A stretch of DNA of 63,474 nucleotides, counting the filler, from Reticulomyxa filosa (taxonomy: Eukaryota; Protista; Foraminifera), in NCBI GenBank assembly GCA_000512085.1. It is 14 parts of 14 records of this genome, joined end to end, with 100 filler letters (N's around TTAATTAATTAA, not from the genome) between each part and the next. Parts side by side here need not be neighbours in the genome. Positions count along the whole stretch, not along the records: positions 13,768 to 28,368 come from ASPP01022336.1; positions 28,469 to 31,007 come from ASPP01007147.1; positions 31,108 to 35,424 come from ASPP01001826.1; positions 35,525 to 36,760 come from ASPP01021175.1; positions 36,861 to 41,956 come from ASPP01004628.1; 9 more parts are not named here. One strand, written 5' to 3'. Every line of letters starts with the position of its first letter. The stretch's first letter is position 1. Below the pieces are notes generated by a model that was not told the DNA's origin, did no database searches, and saw nothing but the letters and a program-made list of their open reading frames with translations. A program made the position numbers and the translations under genes. This document shows positions 26,191 to 36,891 of the stretch, in pieces.

Positions 26191-26681
26191 GTTCTGTGGA
26201 GTGTTGCTTGCACGAGTTACTAACGAAGAATAGGCATTGTTAAAATAATAATGCGACTGGCTCTTTCTTACAAATTGAATAGGGTAAAAATTAGTTTGTA
26301 ATGTTTCTTCAACATGCATAAAAAAATGAAACACAATTTTTTGGGATTGGATTAATGTAAATTTTGTAAGAGTTTTGTTGTTATTTGAGTTTGTTTTGGA
26401 TGTGAAATATGCAATCTTCTTTCTTTCTTTTCTTGTTTTTGTTTGCTTTGTTTCGAACAGTATTGCTTTATTTCCTTGTTTTCTTTTTGCATCGACTTTT
26501 CCCTTTTTCCATTAGAGAAAACATTTTTTAATTTCAAATAGCAATTCAAACGCTTGACCAAAGGAAATTTGCATGCAGAAGGCTAAATTGATTAAAAAAC
26601 TAATTGCGTCAGTTGTTACATTAAAACTTGAACCTAATACCTATATACCTACCAACTTTTTAGATATCCTTTGCTATTAAT

Positions 26682-26728
26682 CTTCCCTCCGAAGGAGGCG
26701 ATTGCGGGTTCGAGTCCCGCCACAGATA
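26682..26728 (+). tRNA. 3' two-thirds of tRNA-Arg(CCG), 5'-truncated pseudogene
   Basis: Anticodon arm CTTCC-CTCCGAA-GGAGG, variable loop CGATT, T-arm GCGGG-TTCGAGT-CCCGC, acceptor 3' strand CACAGAT+A, T-run just downstream. No D-arm or 5' acceptor strand upstream. Confidence 0.8.
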
Positions 26729-27679
26729 AGAAATTGAAATTTTTTTAAAAATAATATTCTGGATCTCAGAAAATTACATTTAAATTTATGATATAGTAAA
26801 AAATAAAATATGTATATATATTTTTTTTGCATGAACATATTTTTCGTATAATAAAAATTAAAAACTGAAAAAACGCTGAAAAAAAAAGGGCTTGTTAGAA
26901 ATTTTTTTTTGCTCTTTTTAAAGAAACAAAAGTTCATCCAACATGTAGTTCTAATGTCTTCCAAAGTTTGACAGAATTATCCAATTTATTATCAAGCACA
27001 CAATGTATTATGTTTAATGACAAAATCCTTGTTGTGGAGATCATGAAACTAACGAGTGTTATTCGTATTACACATTGAAAAAGCAGTACAAATACATTTG
27101 CTCATATCTCAATGATATATGTATATAAATTTCTTCTATTGATTTGGCAAAATGCCCATTGTATCCATAGGTGACCATTTCACTACATACTGTTTCCCAG
27201 TGTGTTGGAGTTTTACTTTACTATTCTTGCAATATAGTTTCCATATTTTGCATTGTATTTTTGATATCACTTTATCATTTTGGGATTGACTCATATGGCT
27301 ATATTTTTATTGAAATTCCCACAATTCTCGGAATAAATATGTTTGTTGGACTTTCATTGTTTCAATTCTTTTATATCTGTTAACCATTCACTCGTTTTTG
27401 TTTAGTACTTGTTTCTCATGGGTTAGATGTGTTATATATTGTGTTTGATCTTCTATTAATTTGATAGCTTTTCCTTTTCCACCAGTTTCAATAATTGTTG
27501 TATGTTCACATGTATGCGTGTTTTTTGGATATATCTATTGATATTAGTTCCACCAAAGTTATGTATAATATTTTTTTCGTCTATTACAGTAAAGGAATCC
27601 CAATTTTCTATTGGCAAAGTATCCTCACATTCGCTCCATGCTTTATTTTATAGAATACTTACACACTTTTTTATATATG

Positions 27680-28368
27680 TGGACCAATGTCAGCAATTGG
27701 TACACCCATTTGTACGTGGTCAGTTCGTTTGGAGATATCACCGGCGATCAATTAGCTCATAAATCAGTCATCTTCCATTGCGTCACAACGGGGCCAATGC
27801 TTTATGTGCCGCTCTTGTGCAACCGACAACTCCATTTTGCGCTCCAGGATGGACTCACCGATGGAGACGACACCGAATCCACATGGCCTTTGCGTGACCA
27901 GGCAGGAAATCTCATCCATAATGCCACCGTCGGCGCTTCATGGAGCGCCATTGCTTTGTATAGCACTGCTTTACTATGTCAATATCAATGACAGCGCTTC
28001 TACTTTTCTTCCGATGATACTATTGCTTATGGAGTCTTTCAAGGCTTTCTTTTTTAATATGCATATATGTATATATATATTTTTAGATTCATCCTGCACG
28101 AAAATGTATGATTTCACAATTCAATTCATTCCTAAAAATGAATAGATGTTGCCAGCGCATATGACTGCTAATTTAGCTCCTCGTGCTAACAGTCGGACTT
28201 TTCTGGAAATTATGGATCACACTGACAAAACAATCGCCGTGAAGGGATGGCACATTTGCGAACAAAATACTTTGGTATGTATTGCCCTAGCACACATTAC
28301 CGGTCTTGGGATGTTGACTTGCATCTCACACCAAGTCCAACCAAAAGACCCACTTCGCATCCTAGCGC
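27680..28368 (+). pseudogene. Hypothetical or degraded extracellular protein fragment
   Basis: Coding-like blocks with frame disruptions, ending in the mucin-like TPSPTKRPTSHPS at the contig edge. Confidence 0.25.
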
Positions 28369-28468
28369 NNNNNNNNNNNNNNNNNNNNNNNNNNNNNNNN
28401 NNNNNNNNNNNNTTAATTAATTAANNNNNNNNNNNNNNNNNNNNNNNNNNNNNNNNNNNNNNNNNNNN

Positions 28469-29513
28469 ACAGCAGAAGAAGGGAATGTGTATTTGCCACT
28501 GTGGATGATGGACAACTTGGGATTGGACCCCTCAGGCAGCAGCATGGTGGAGCTAGAGACAGTGAGTTTATCCAAAGGCCAATTTGTGGAGTTTCAAGCA
28601 CATGAAACCAAATTCGCCATGCTGAACAATCCTAGGGTTGTGTTGGAAAACACTTTGCGAAGCTATTCTGCCTTGACTGTGGGTGACACTATTCCAGTTT
28701 AGTTTGAACCCCGTTTTTTTTTTTTTTTTTTTATTATTTATTTTGTGCGAAAATGAAAGCATATTTGTGGTGTGTACATGTATTATTGGAAAGGTTCAAT
28801 TTGCTGGAAAAACGTACAAATTAGATGTCACGGATGTGCAACCGAAGGTCAATGCTGGGCTCAACGTCCCTTATGCCATATCTATTATAGAGACAGATAT
28901 CAAAGTCGAATTTAAAGAACCGCGCGATTACAAACAGTGGGAAAAAGCACAAAAAGAAAAAAAAGAAGAATCTCAAAAGCAATTGCAAGATTCTGATAAT
29001 AAATACGCTGTTTGTTTGTTTTGTGTTTGTTTGGTATATATATATGCTGTTAATCATGTCAAATTTCAAACAATAACATTTGGAGGACAGGAAGAAGAAG
29101 AGGACAAAGACTGGGTGTTGGACGCAGCCAAAAGCGACAAAAGTAGCTATTTCAAAGAATTAGAAGAAAGTGGTGCCAAAGGCAATGCACTTAAACGATC
29201 GAGCAGCAGTCTGCGCAAAAACTTCTCTTCCAATTCACTGAGCAGTGCTGCTTCACCCGCCAGTCCTACTGGAGCCAATACATATTCCTTGCCTTCTAAA
29301 ACAAGAGGAGCTCCCTTGGGTGCTTCTACTGCAAAACCAATAACTGCTGGTAATAACCAAAAATCCAAAACAATTCGCAAAGAAGAAGAGGTTGTTGGCA
29401 ATATGAGGTACATTTATGAAATTGATGAATCTGGAAACCGTACCTGCATTCGCAAGTTGCCTGTTCGAAACAACTTGTGGACTGCTTCTTCTGGTCACAA
29501 ACTGCAAGATTGA
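28469..29513 (+). CDS. UFD1: Ubiquitin fusion degradation protein 1 family (5'-truncated)
   Basis: TAEEGNVYLPLWMMDNL, VSLSKGQFVEFQ, NPRVVLENTLRSYSALTVGDTI, KTYKLDV, AISIIETDIKVEFKEPRDY; intron at ~28698-28793. Confidence 0.92.
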
Positions 29514-30620
29514 TTTTACTTCCGAGTTTATTTCTTGTTTTTTTAGAACTAAATTGTTAATTTGTTTTTGTCAAACATAATAAGTGATCTTCAAAACAAG
29601 CTATTTCAATGGATTCTAACTTTTTATGACCAGTACCGGAAAGATAAGCATTAAAAATTACCACTGATAAGAAAAAATTATTATATATTACATGGAAATA
29701 CAATAAAAATAAAGTTAAATATTAAACTAAAATAAGAAAACATAAAAAGGCTGACATATAAAACGCTATCATACAAAGAAAATATTTCAAATAAACATTC
29801 ATTTAATTTTTTAACCTTTTTTTATATCTTCACTATAGTATTAAACTTATCGATTTCTTTTCGGAAAGAGAATTATTTCTCTATGTTCGTTTTCTTCTGT
29901 TCTTTACACTTTTCAAATTATTACTATTTGTCAATTTTGTTCACTTTGATTTGACAAGTATATTATTTCAATATTTTATTTTCTCCAAAGCAATACCATT
30001 TCGGCTTATTCTTTTGTAAAACTGATTTTGATTTAGTTTCAATTTTTTGATTTTTGTTATTTGTGTTATCTTGTTCAAATAAATTGATAATTGTTGCTTG
30101 TGGCAACTTTTTTTTCTTTTTATTGTTTAGTTTGAGATACAAATTGTGTTTATTTAATTTTCTTCATTCATAAGTTCTGAATTAATATATTTAATTGTAT
30201 AAAAGATAAATGATTCAGTGTTAATAAATATATTTCATGTAATATTTTTGACAACGAATACAAACATAAAGATGTAGTTATTAAGTGTTTTGTATTATAT
30301 GAACAATTTCTGCTAGTGGAGCACAAAAGAATCAAATGTATTTTTGGTTTTTTGAAGCATGCAAATATGACAGTCTTATGCCATATTTAGATTATTTGAT
30401 GGCGAGAAATGTTGCAAGAAAGCATACTATTTATTTTTTATTTTCTAGGCCCATCACAGTGTTTGTGATTGATGCAAAAACTACGTAAAGAATCAAGTGA
30501 GAACACAACAACAAGATAAATCTGTACACAAATCAAATCATCAAACTTTTTTTCCTTTCGAAGAAAACATTTATTTATTATTGCCGAAATGATTAAAAAT
30601 TGTGTACATTTGAGTCAAAA

Positions 30621-30960
30621 TTATGGCTGTCTTTCAATATGATTACGAATGGCAATGGTTTGCCGTCTTTTGGCCTTTTCAATTTCTGGCAACTGAAAGA
30701 CAAGCAGCATTTCAGAAAGCAGTTGAGCTCCATTGATTAGTTTGACCTCGCTTTCATTTTCGCTGCCACTTGTATTTTCAGCGAGTGCCCGAATGGTGGC
30801 ATATTGTCCAGGGACAGTTTTGTTGCATTTGTGATCAGGCGGGAGAAAGCCAATATTTTTGAAATAGCTGCTGACCAGTTGGCTACAAAAATAGGTTTTT
30901 TGGTCTTCCAATGGTCTGTCATTGCTTCTGGACAAGAGATTGGACCAGATGCCTTATCAA
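30621..30960 (-). CDS. Permuted papain-like (NlpC/P60, YiiX/YaeF C92-type) amidase, last exon
   Basis: TYFCSQLVSSYFKNIGFLP...TVPGQY matches the FCSELV...G.l...P.d motif carrying the catalytic Cys. Confidence 0.7.
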
Positions 30961-30969
30961 CAAGAAGGA

Positions 30970-31007
<38 letters not shown>

Positions 31008-31286
31008 NNNNNNNNNNNNNNNNNNNNNNNNNNNNNNNNNNNNNNNNNNNNTTAATTAATTAANNNNNNNNNNNNNNNNNNNNNNNNNNNNNNNNNNNNN
31101 NNNNNNNATGGTTGAATTAGCCATAGTCTTCTTATTTGAAGAAGACTTGCTTTTTTTAAATCAGATTGTTCCCAAGGTTCTAGGATTTTGTGCTTGTTCC
31201 TGCATCTCTCTACTTGAAACTTTAGTTACTTAATGCTTAGTTCATGGATGGCAAATTAGTTACTGTCAAGATAATTTATACGTTTG

Positions 31287-32080
31287 GAGATTGTCAAATA
31301 AAGATAGAGAAGGGCTGGGTGGGATGCTAAGTTGATGAAGAGTCGATTAATATATGGGCTATCAATGAAAGAATGTAAAATGTGCCTTAGTAATGAAATA
31401 GTCAAAAGTGGTAATGTAAGGGGTAAGCAGCGTAATTGCTGCAAAGGGTGCGGAAAGAATCAAATATCTGGAGATAGAAGAGTAAGATACGGTAATAAGG
31501 TAAGGTACTTAGCGTTAGCAATGTATTTTAATAGCGCTGGGTTTTGTTCAATAGGGAGGAGGAAGGGTGCTGGGAGTTCCATTTCAGCTTGTATATCACT
31601 GGGTTCGTAAGGCGGGAGAACTTGTGGAAAAAAAGATATCTAAGAAAGCTAACCCATCAAGAGAAATAGCGATTTTAGAAATGGATGAACTATATACCTA
31701 CATTCAAAAAAAGACAGGGAAATGCGAATATGAGTTGCTGTGGATAGGAACAGAAATGAAGTTGTTGCGCATTACGTAGGAAATGGAACAATAGGGGCTT
31801 GTAGAGAATTGTACGAACAAGTTAAGCATCATCATATAAGACTAGCGGTCACAGATGGTAACTACAGCTATGACAAAGTTATACCTAGACATGTAAGGCA
31901 CGTTGTTGCTAAGGCGGAGACTTGTTTGGTTGAGGCAAAGAATTACAGCTTAAGAGCCATGTTAGCGCGTTTGAATCGCAGAACTACAAGATACTCAAAA
32001 TGTCCCGTCATGCTTAGACAGGCTGTTGCTATGTGGAGATTTTGAAATATCGCCTTATCCTTTCTATGCTTGACAATCTC
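31287..32080 (+). mobile_element. IS1-family bacterial insertion sequence (defective)
   Basis: InsA zinc ribbon CKMC..IVKSG...GKQRNCCKGC and HTH LGVPFQLVYHWVRK; EMDELYTYIQKK; A_AAA_AAG slippery site 31707-31713; InsB AVTDGNYSYDKVIP..H...K.ETCLVE..N.SLR..LARLNRRTTRYSK. Terminal inverted repeats GAGATTGTCAA (31287) / TTGACAATCTC (ends 32080); length ~795 bp. Confidence 0.92.
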
Positions 32081-32100
32081 TGACGCACTAAAAAACTTTC

Positions 32101-32128
32101 TTGCGAATAAATTAAGACACGGTATATT
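32101..32128 (+). promoter_or_regulatory. Putative sigma70-type promoter
   Basis: TTGCGA-16 nt-TATATT about 30 nt upstream of ATG 32160; AT-rich context lowers specificity. Confidence 0.35.
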
Positions 32129-32159
32129 TCTGTGATGAATAACCAGTAAATAAAAAAGT

Positions 32160-35100
32160 ATGCCAATTATTGTTATAGATGAGGCGCATTTTAACGAGAT
32201 TGTGCATTCTATAGAAAAGAACGATCCTCAATATTTGTCGCTTGATCTTAGCAATCTAAATCTTACAGATACCCAACTGAAGATATTAGAAAAAGCTTTA
32301 AAGGATAACAAAGCATTAGGGCATATAAAATGGGGTACAATATCAGCAAACAGCAATAGTATAATCCATATTATTGAAAGCAAGCTTGAGAGTAATAATA
32401 AAATATATAGCTATTATCCTACGGATTACATCTATGCATTATTGAGTAATCATGCTTATTATGATCAAGTAGAAGAAAGAAGAGTAGAGTTTAAAGATAA
32501 TGCGACATGGACTGAGCATTTGAAAGACTGGAAGATTGTCAAAATACACGAAGATACTAAAAGTGGATATTATGGGATTTTATACAAGAACCCTACTATG
32601 CATCAGATAGTATTAACACATAGAGGTACCAATGTAGATTGGCGTGATTTACTTCAGACCGACTCTGATATACATAACGATATAGAAGGTATATTAAAGG
32701 GCAATATAGTATCACAGCAAGCACAAGCATATGAAGCAACAAAAGAAGCGGTAGAATGGGCAAATGAAAAACACTATCATCTTTCTATAACCGGGCATTC
32801 TTTAGGGGCATGGCTAGCGGAGCTGAGTGTGTATTTTTGTTGGACAGACTTTGCATATAGGGAAATCAAAGCTGTTACGTTTGATAGCCCAGGTTCAGAG
32901 CCAATGATGGAAAAATTTAAGTCGAGTATAAAGAACAACGAGGCTGGAATAGATATTAGAGACCTTGATATAACAAGCTATTTAAGTTTTCCTAATCCTA
33001 TTAACAGTTGTAACAAGCATGTAGGAAAAGTATATAGAGTTTTTCCTAAGCTGGAATTAAATGATTACATCTCTCCTCTTAAAATCATCCTTAGTGAGTC
33101 TACAATCTCAGGTATAAAGAGTTTAGAGACTCATAGTTTACTTGTAATTATTAATGAGTTTAATCCGAACACCGGCAAGCCTTTTAAGTATGAAGAGGTG
33201 TTGGATTGGCCAGTTATGAGCTACCATGGGAGCTCATATGTATCTATGGAGGAAGAAAAAGTAGATGGAAGTCCTTTATGCAACTGGATAAAGAGCACTA
33301 CGTTAAGTAGTATAGTAAGTGTCATTGGAGATTTGATAAACGGAAATGTAGACCAATCGCAGTATTGGAAAGTTTTTGAGTATTACAAGGATGGAAAAAT
33401 AGATGACGCAAAGCAACAAAAAGAGTTTGAACAACTTTATGAAGCTCATTACAAAGTCAAAGCAGTTAATGAATCTCGAGAATTGTTAGGTAAGAGCCCC
33501 GTTAGTTTGGATAGCTGTTTGGAAAAGCTAGCGAGAAACAAAAGTAATATTTTTTTATTAACTAATACACAAGAAGAGTCATACAAGCACCAACTTCAAT
33601 CTATTGAGAAGCGCTACAATATAGAACAAGAAGATGACAAGACTTATTTAATTGGGATTGGGGATATTGCTATATCCGATATAAAACAACAATTGCAACG
33701 CTTGCTTGACGTCTACCCAGAGCTTAAAAAACAAATATGCGACATTAACGCACCTATATCTAAACAAGGTAATAACTCGTGTTCTTTCACAATGCACTTG
33801 ACAGCATTAAACAACAGCCATTTTGTAAAAAGACTTGATATAGAAGAAAAAATAAAAGCTGGGTTTAATACTGGTGAAATAGTAATAATGAGCGGATTTG
33901 GAGGAACAGGAAAAAGTACAATTGCAGCGATGTACGGAGAAGATGCGGAGAAAAATGGAACGTTGGTAAGATGGTTTGAAGCAGCAAGTAAGACAAAGCT
34001 AGAAGCAGGATATAGAGAATTAGCCACTGATCTTAATCTATATATAGCTGGAATGGATGCAAAATTGATGATGTCCAGGGTGAATAATAAATTATCTAAA
34101 TGTACTCAAGATAAAATGTTTATATTTAATAATATAGAACAGTACGAATATGCACAGGAATATATTGAGAGGCTACCTAATCGCACTAAGATCCTACTGA
34201 CTACAAGGAATAGCAATTTGCACTATAAATACGAATCGATAATAGTAGAACCATTTAGCAAGATTGAAGCGCGAGACTATGTAAACAGAACATTAAATAT
34301 AACTTCTGATGATAATGCATTGTTGGTGGAAGCGGTAAATCTTTTACCATTTAGACTTAACCAATCAGTAGCATATTTAAAAAAACACCCTACTTGTAAT
34401 ATAACGCAATTTATAAAATTATATAACGATAAGAAAGATACAGATATATATCCTGAAGCTGATTTCCTGTTTAAAGATTTGATAAACGCAGATCCTGATG
34501 CCTGGGTATTGTTGCGACATCTTGCTTTTTTAGACCCTGATTATATACCTTTAAGCTTATTGGATGAATTGGTACAAGCGTTAAACTTAACGATAGAATA
34601 TCTACGCAACCAGTCATTAATTGAAGTAGTAAGCAATGGAGATGGACTTAAGTTACATAGACTTGTACAAATTGAAGTGATCCAATATAAAGGAGTAAAT
34701 CTAGATATATCGTTATCAAATAATAGTATTGTCACTACTTTATCAGAAAAATTGAATAACTTATTACCGCCTTTAGATGGTAATCCTGATAGTGCTTGGG
34801 ATCAAAGTAAACTGTTGATTGAACACGTGACAACTTTATGTAAAGTTTCTAACGCTTCAGAAACCAAAGCTAATTTACTATATAAATTAAGTAATCACTG
34901 TTTTTTTATATCACGGGATTTTACAGAGGCTCTTGCTTATGGTCAACAATCCCTAGAGATCTATCAAAAGTTACATTCTGGTAGTCATCCTGATGTAGCT
35001 GCTTCACTTAATAATATAGGAGTGGTATACGATAGCTTGGGAGATTATAGCCAAGCGTTAAAATATTATGAAGAATCTCTAAAGATGAAGCAGGAGCTAT

Positions 35101-35424
35101 ATCCTGGCAACCATCCTTCTTTGGCTGATTCACTTAATAATATAGGGACAGTATACAATAGCTTAGGAGATTATAGCCAAGCGTTAAAATATCATGAAGA
35201 ATCTCTAAAGATGAAGCAGGAGCTATATCCTGGCAACCATCCTTCTTTGGCTGATTCACTTAATAATATAGGGGCGGTATACGATAGCTTGGGAGATTAT
35301 AACCAAGCGTTAAAATATCATGAAGAATCCTTAAAGATGAAGCAGGAGCTATATCTTGGCAACCATCCTTCTTTGGCTGATTCACTTAATAATATAGGAG
35401 TGGTATACGATAGCTTGGGAGATT
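32160..35424 (+). CDS. NLR-like STAND protein: LRR-like cap + class 3 lipase + NB-ARC + TPR repeats (3'-truncated)
   Basis: Intronless ORF. Lipase motifs LTHRGT, ITGHSLG (Ser214), AVTFDSPG; Walker A GFGGTGKST (aa 579-587); Walker B-like FIFNNIE; sensor ILLTTRN; LLPFRL (GxP-like); LAFLDPDYIP; LHRLVQ; 42-aa TPR units HPSLADSLNNIG.VY.SLGDY.QALKY.EESLKM. Confidence 0.93.
34986..35424 (+). repeat. 126-bp near-identical tandem repeat encoding TPRs
   Basis: Units start at 34986, 35112, 35238 and 35364; the contig breaks inside unit 4. Confidence 0.97.
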
Positions 35425-35879
35425 NNNNNNNNNNNNNNNNNNNNNNNNNNNNNNNNNNNNNNNNNNNNTTAATTAATTAANNNNNNNNNNNNNNNNNNNN
35501 NNNNNNNNNNNNNNNNNNNNNNNNAAAAAAAAAAAAAAAAAAAAAAAAAAAAGCATATAGCGATATGCATGTCGATATTTGCATAGGCATAATGTATACA
35601 TACATATGCGTATATAAGTTTTTTTTTTGTTTTTGTGAGTCTCTTGCAAAAACCTCCATTGTAATCACTACCAATATTGTCCTCTGAAGAGTGTTGTTTG
35701 TCGATTGCCGCGTCACGCTTTTCACATATACATATATATATACATATATGTGTATATATGTTATTTATTTATTTTTTTATTTTTTTATTTTTTTATTTTT
35801 TTTTAATATTTACATGTTTATACATATGTATATACAAATTAACGAAAAAGTAAAAAAAAAAAAACAGAGATTTTTGTTT

Positions 35880-36649
35880 ATTTGAGACTTGTTCGTTACG
35901 TGCTCGAAGAGGACAGCGTTGTGCGACAGTATCCATGTCTTGTGCTTGTTCAAAAATTTTGTCACAAATCTTTTGGAAGCTAGGGAAGTCATTGTCTTCT
36001 TCCTTTTCTTCGGTGGCAGGTAGAAACATTTTCAGATTGGGGTTGGCCTGAATCTCCTCGTTCGGGATGACGACAACGAGATAGGGTTGCTGATGCAGAT
36101 AGAACATGTCGTGGGTCAAGTCGTGATGGATACAGCCAATGTTCAGTTTCTTCCACAGCTTCAAATCGCTCGGGAACAAGAGTATTTCGCACGACACGCT
36201 ATCGAAAAAGTCTTGAATGGGTTTGGAAGGCGGACAAGGATTGACAGAAATATAGCCATGTGGCGAAAGACAGTCGTTGCGCATAATGGCAATGGAGTAC
36301 TCTTCGCCAGGCCAATATGTGGTGTAGCGTCCCCCTTTGCAGCGATTGACCGTGCAGCGATCAAAGTACTTGGAGATCTTGTCACAGCAGGTCTTGCACT
36401 TGCACTCCTTGGAAATCGGGATTTTGCACTTGATATAGATGTCGTTGTCGCGCAATGTGTTGGTGAAATCGATGCAGGCAAACATGACACGAGAAAAGGG
36501 GGTTTTGCCGTCAAACGGAATCATCAAACTGTTTGTCACCATTCCAAATGCATTTTCCATTAATCTCACTATTTTTTTTTGTCTTTGTTGTCGATCGAAG
36601 GTGGATTCAACACGGCACGTTCGGCTTCGTCTTCGTCACTGAACTCTGG

Positions 36650-36687
<38 letters not shown>

Positions 36688-36760
36688 GCTGTTGTTGTTG
36701 TTGTGCATATCGATAAGAGAGATTGTTATGACTATTGTTGTTACTTTTGTTATTGTCATT
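35880..36760 (-). CDS. Hypothetical Cys-rich protein, internal exons
   Basis: Higher-GC exon ~35885-36560 in ORF 35793-36569, preceded by a poly-Q/N exon ((CAA)n at 36648-36703). Confidence 0.55.
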
Positions 36761-36891
36761 NNNNNNNNNNNNNNNNNNNNNNNNNNNNNNNNNNNNNNNN
36801 NNNNTTAATTAATTAANNNNNNNNNNNNNNNNNNNNNNNNNNNNNNNNNNNNNNNNNNNNTTTTTTTTTTTTTTTTTTTTTGTGAGTTGAT

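Noticed and set aside
31731-31733. TGA=Trp recoding in the bacterial contig
   Set aside because: The adjacent 3.3-kb ORF contains many Trp residues and no in-frame TGA, and the IS has another lesion; a nonsense mutation is simpler.
1914-35424. RNF213-like gene, toxin-like pair and NLR-like gene as one defence island
   Set aside because: They lie on separate contigs, and probably in different organisms; proximity is artificial.
34986-35424. 126-bp repeats as a CRISPR array or DGR template
   Set aside because: In-frame coding tandem units with no unique spacers and no reverse transcriptase on the contig.
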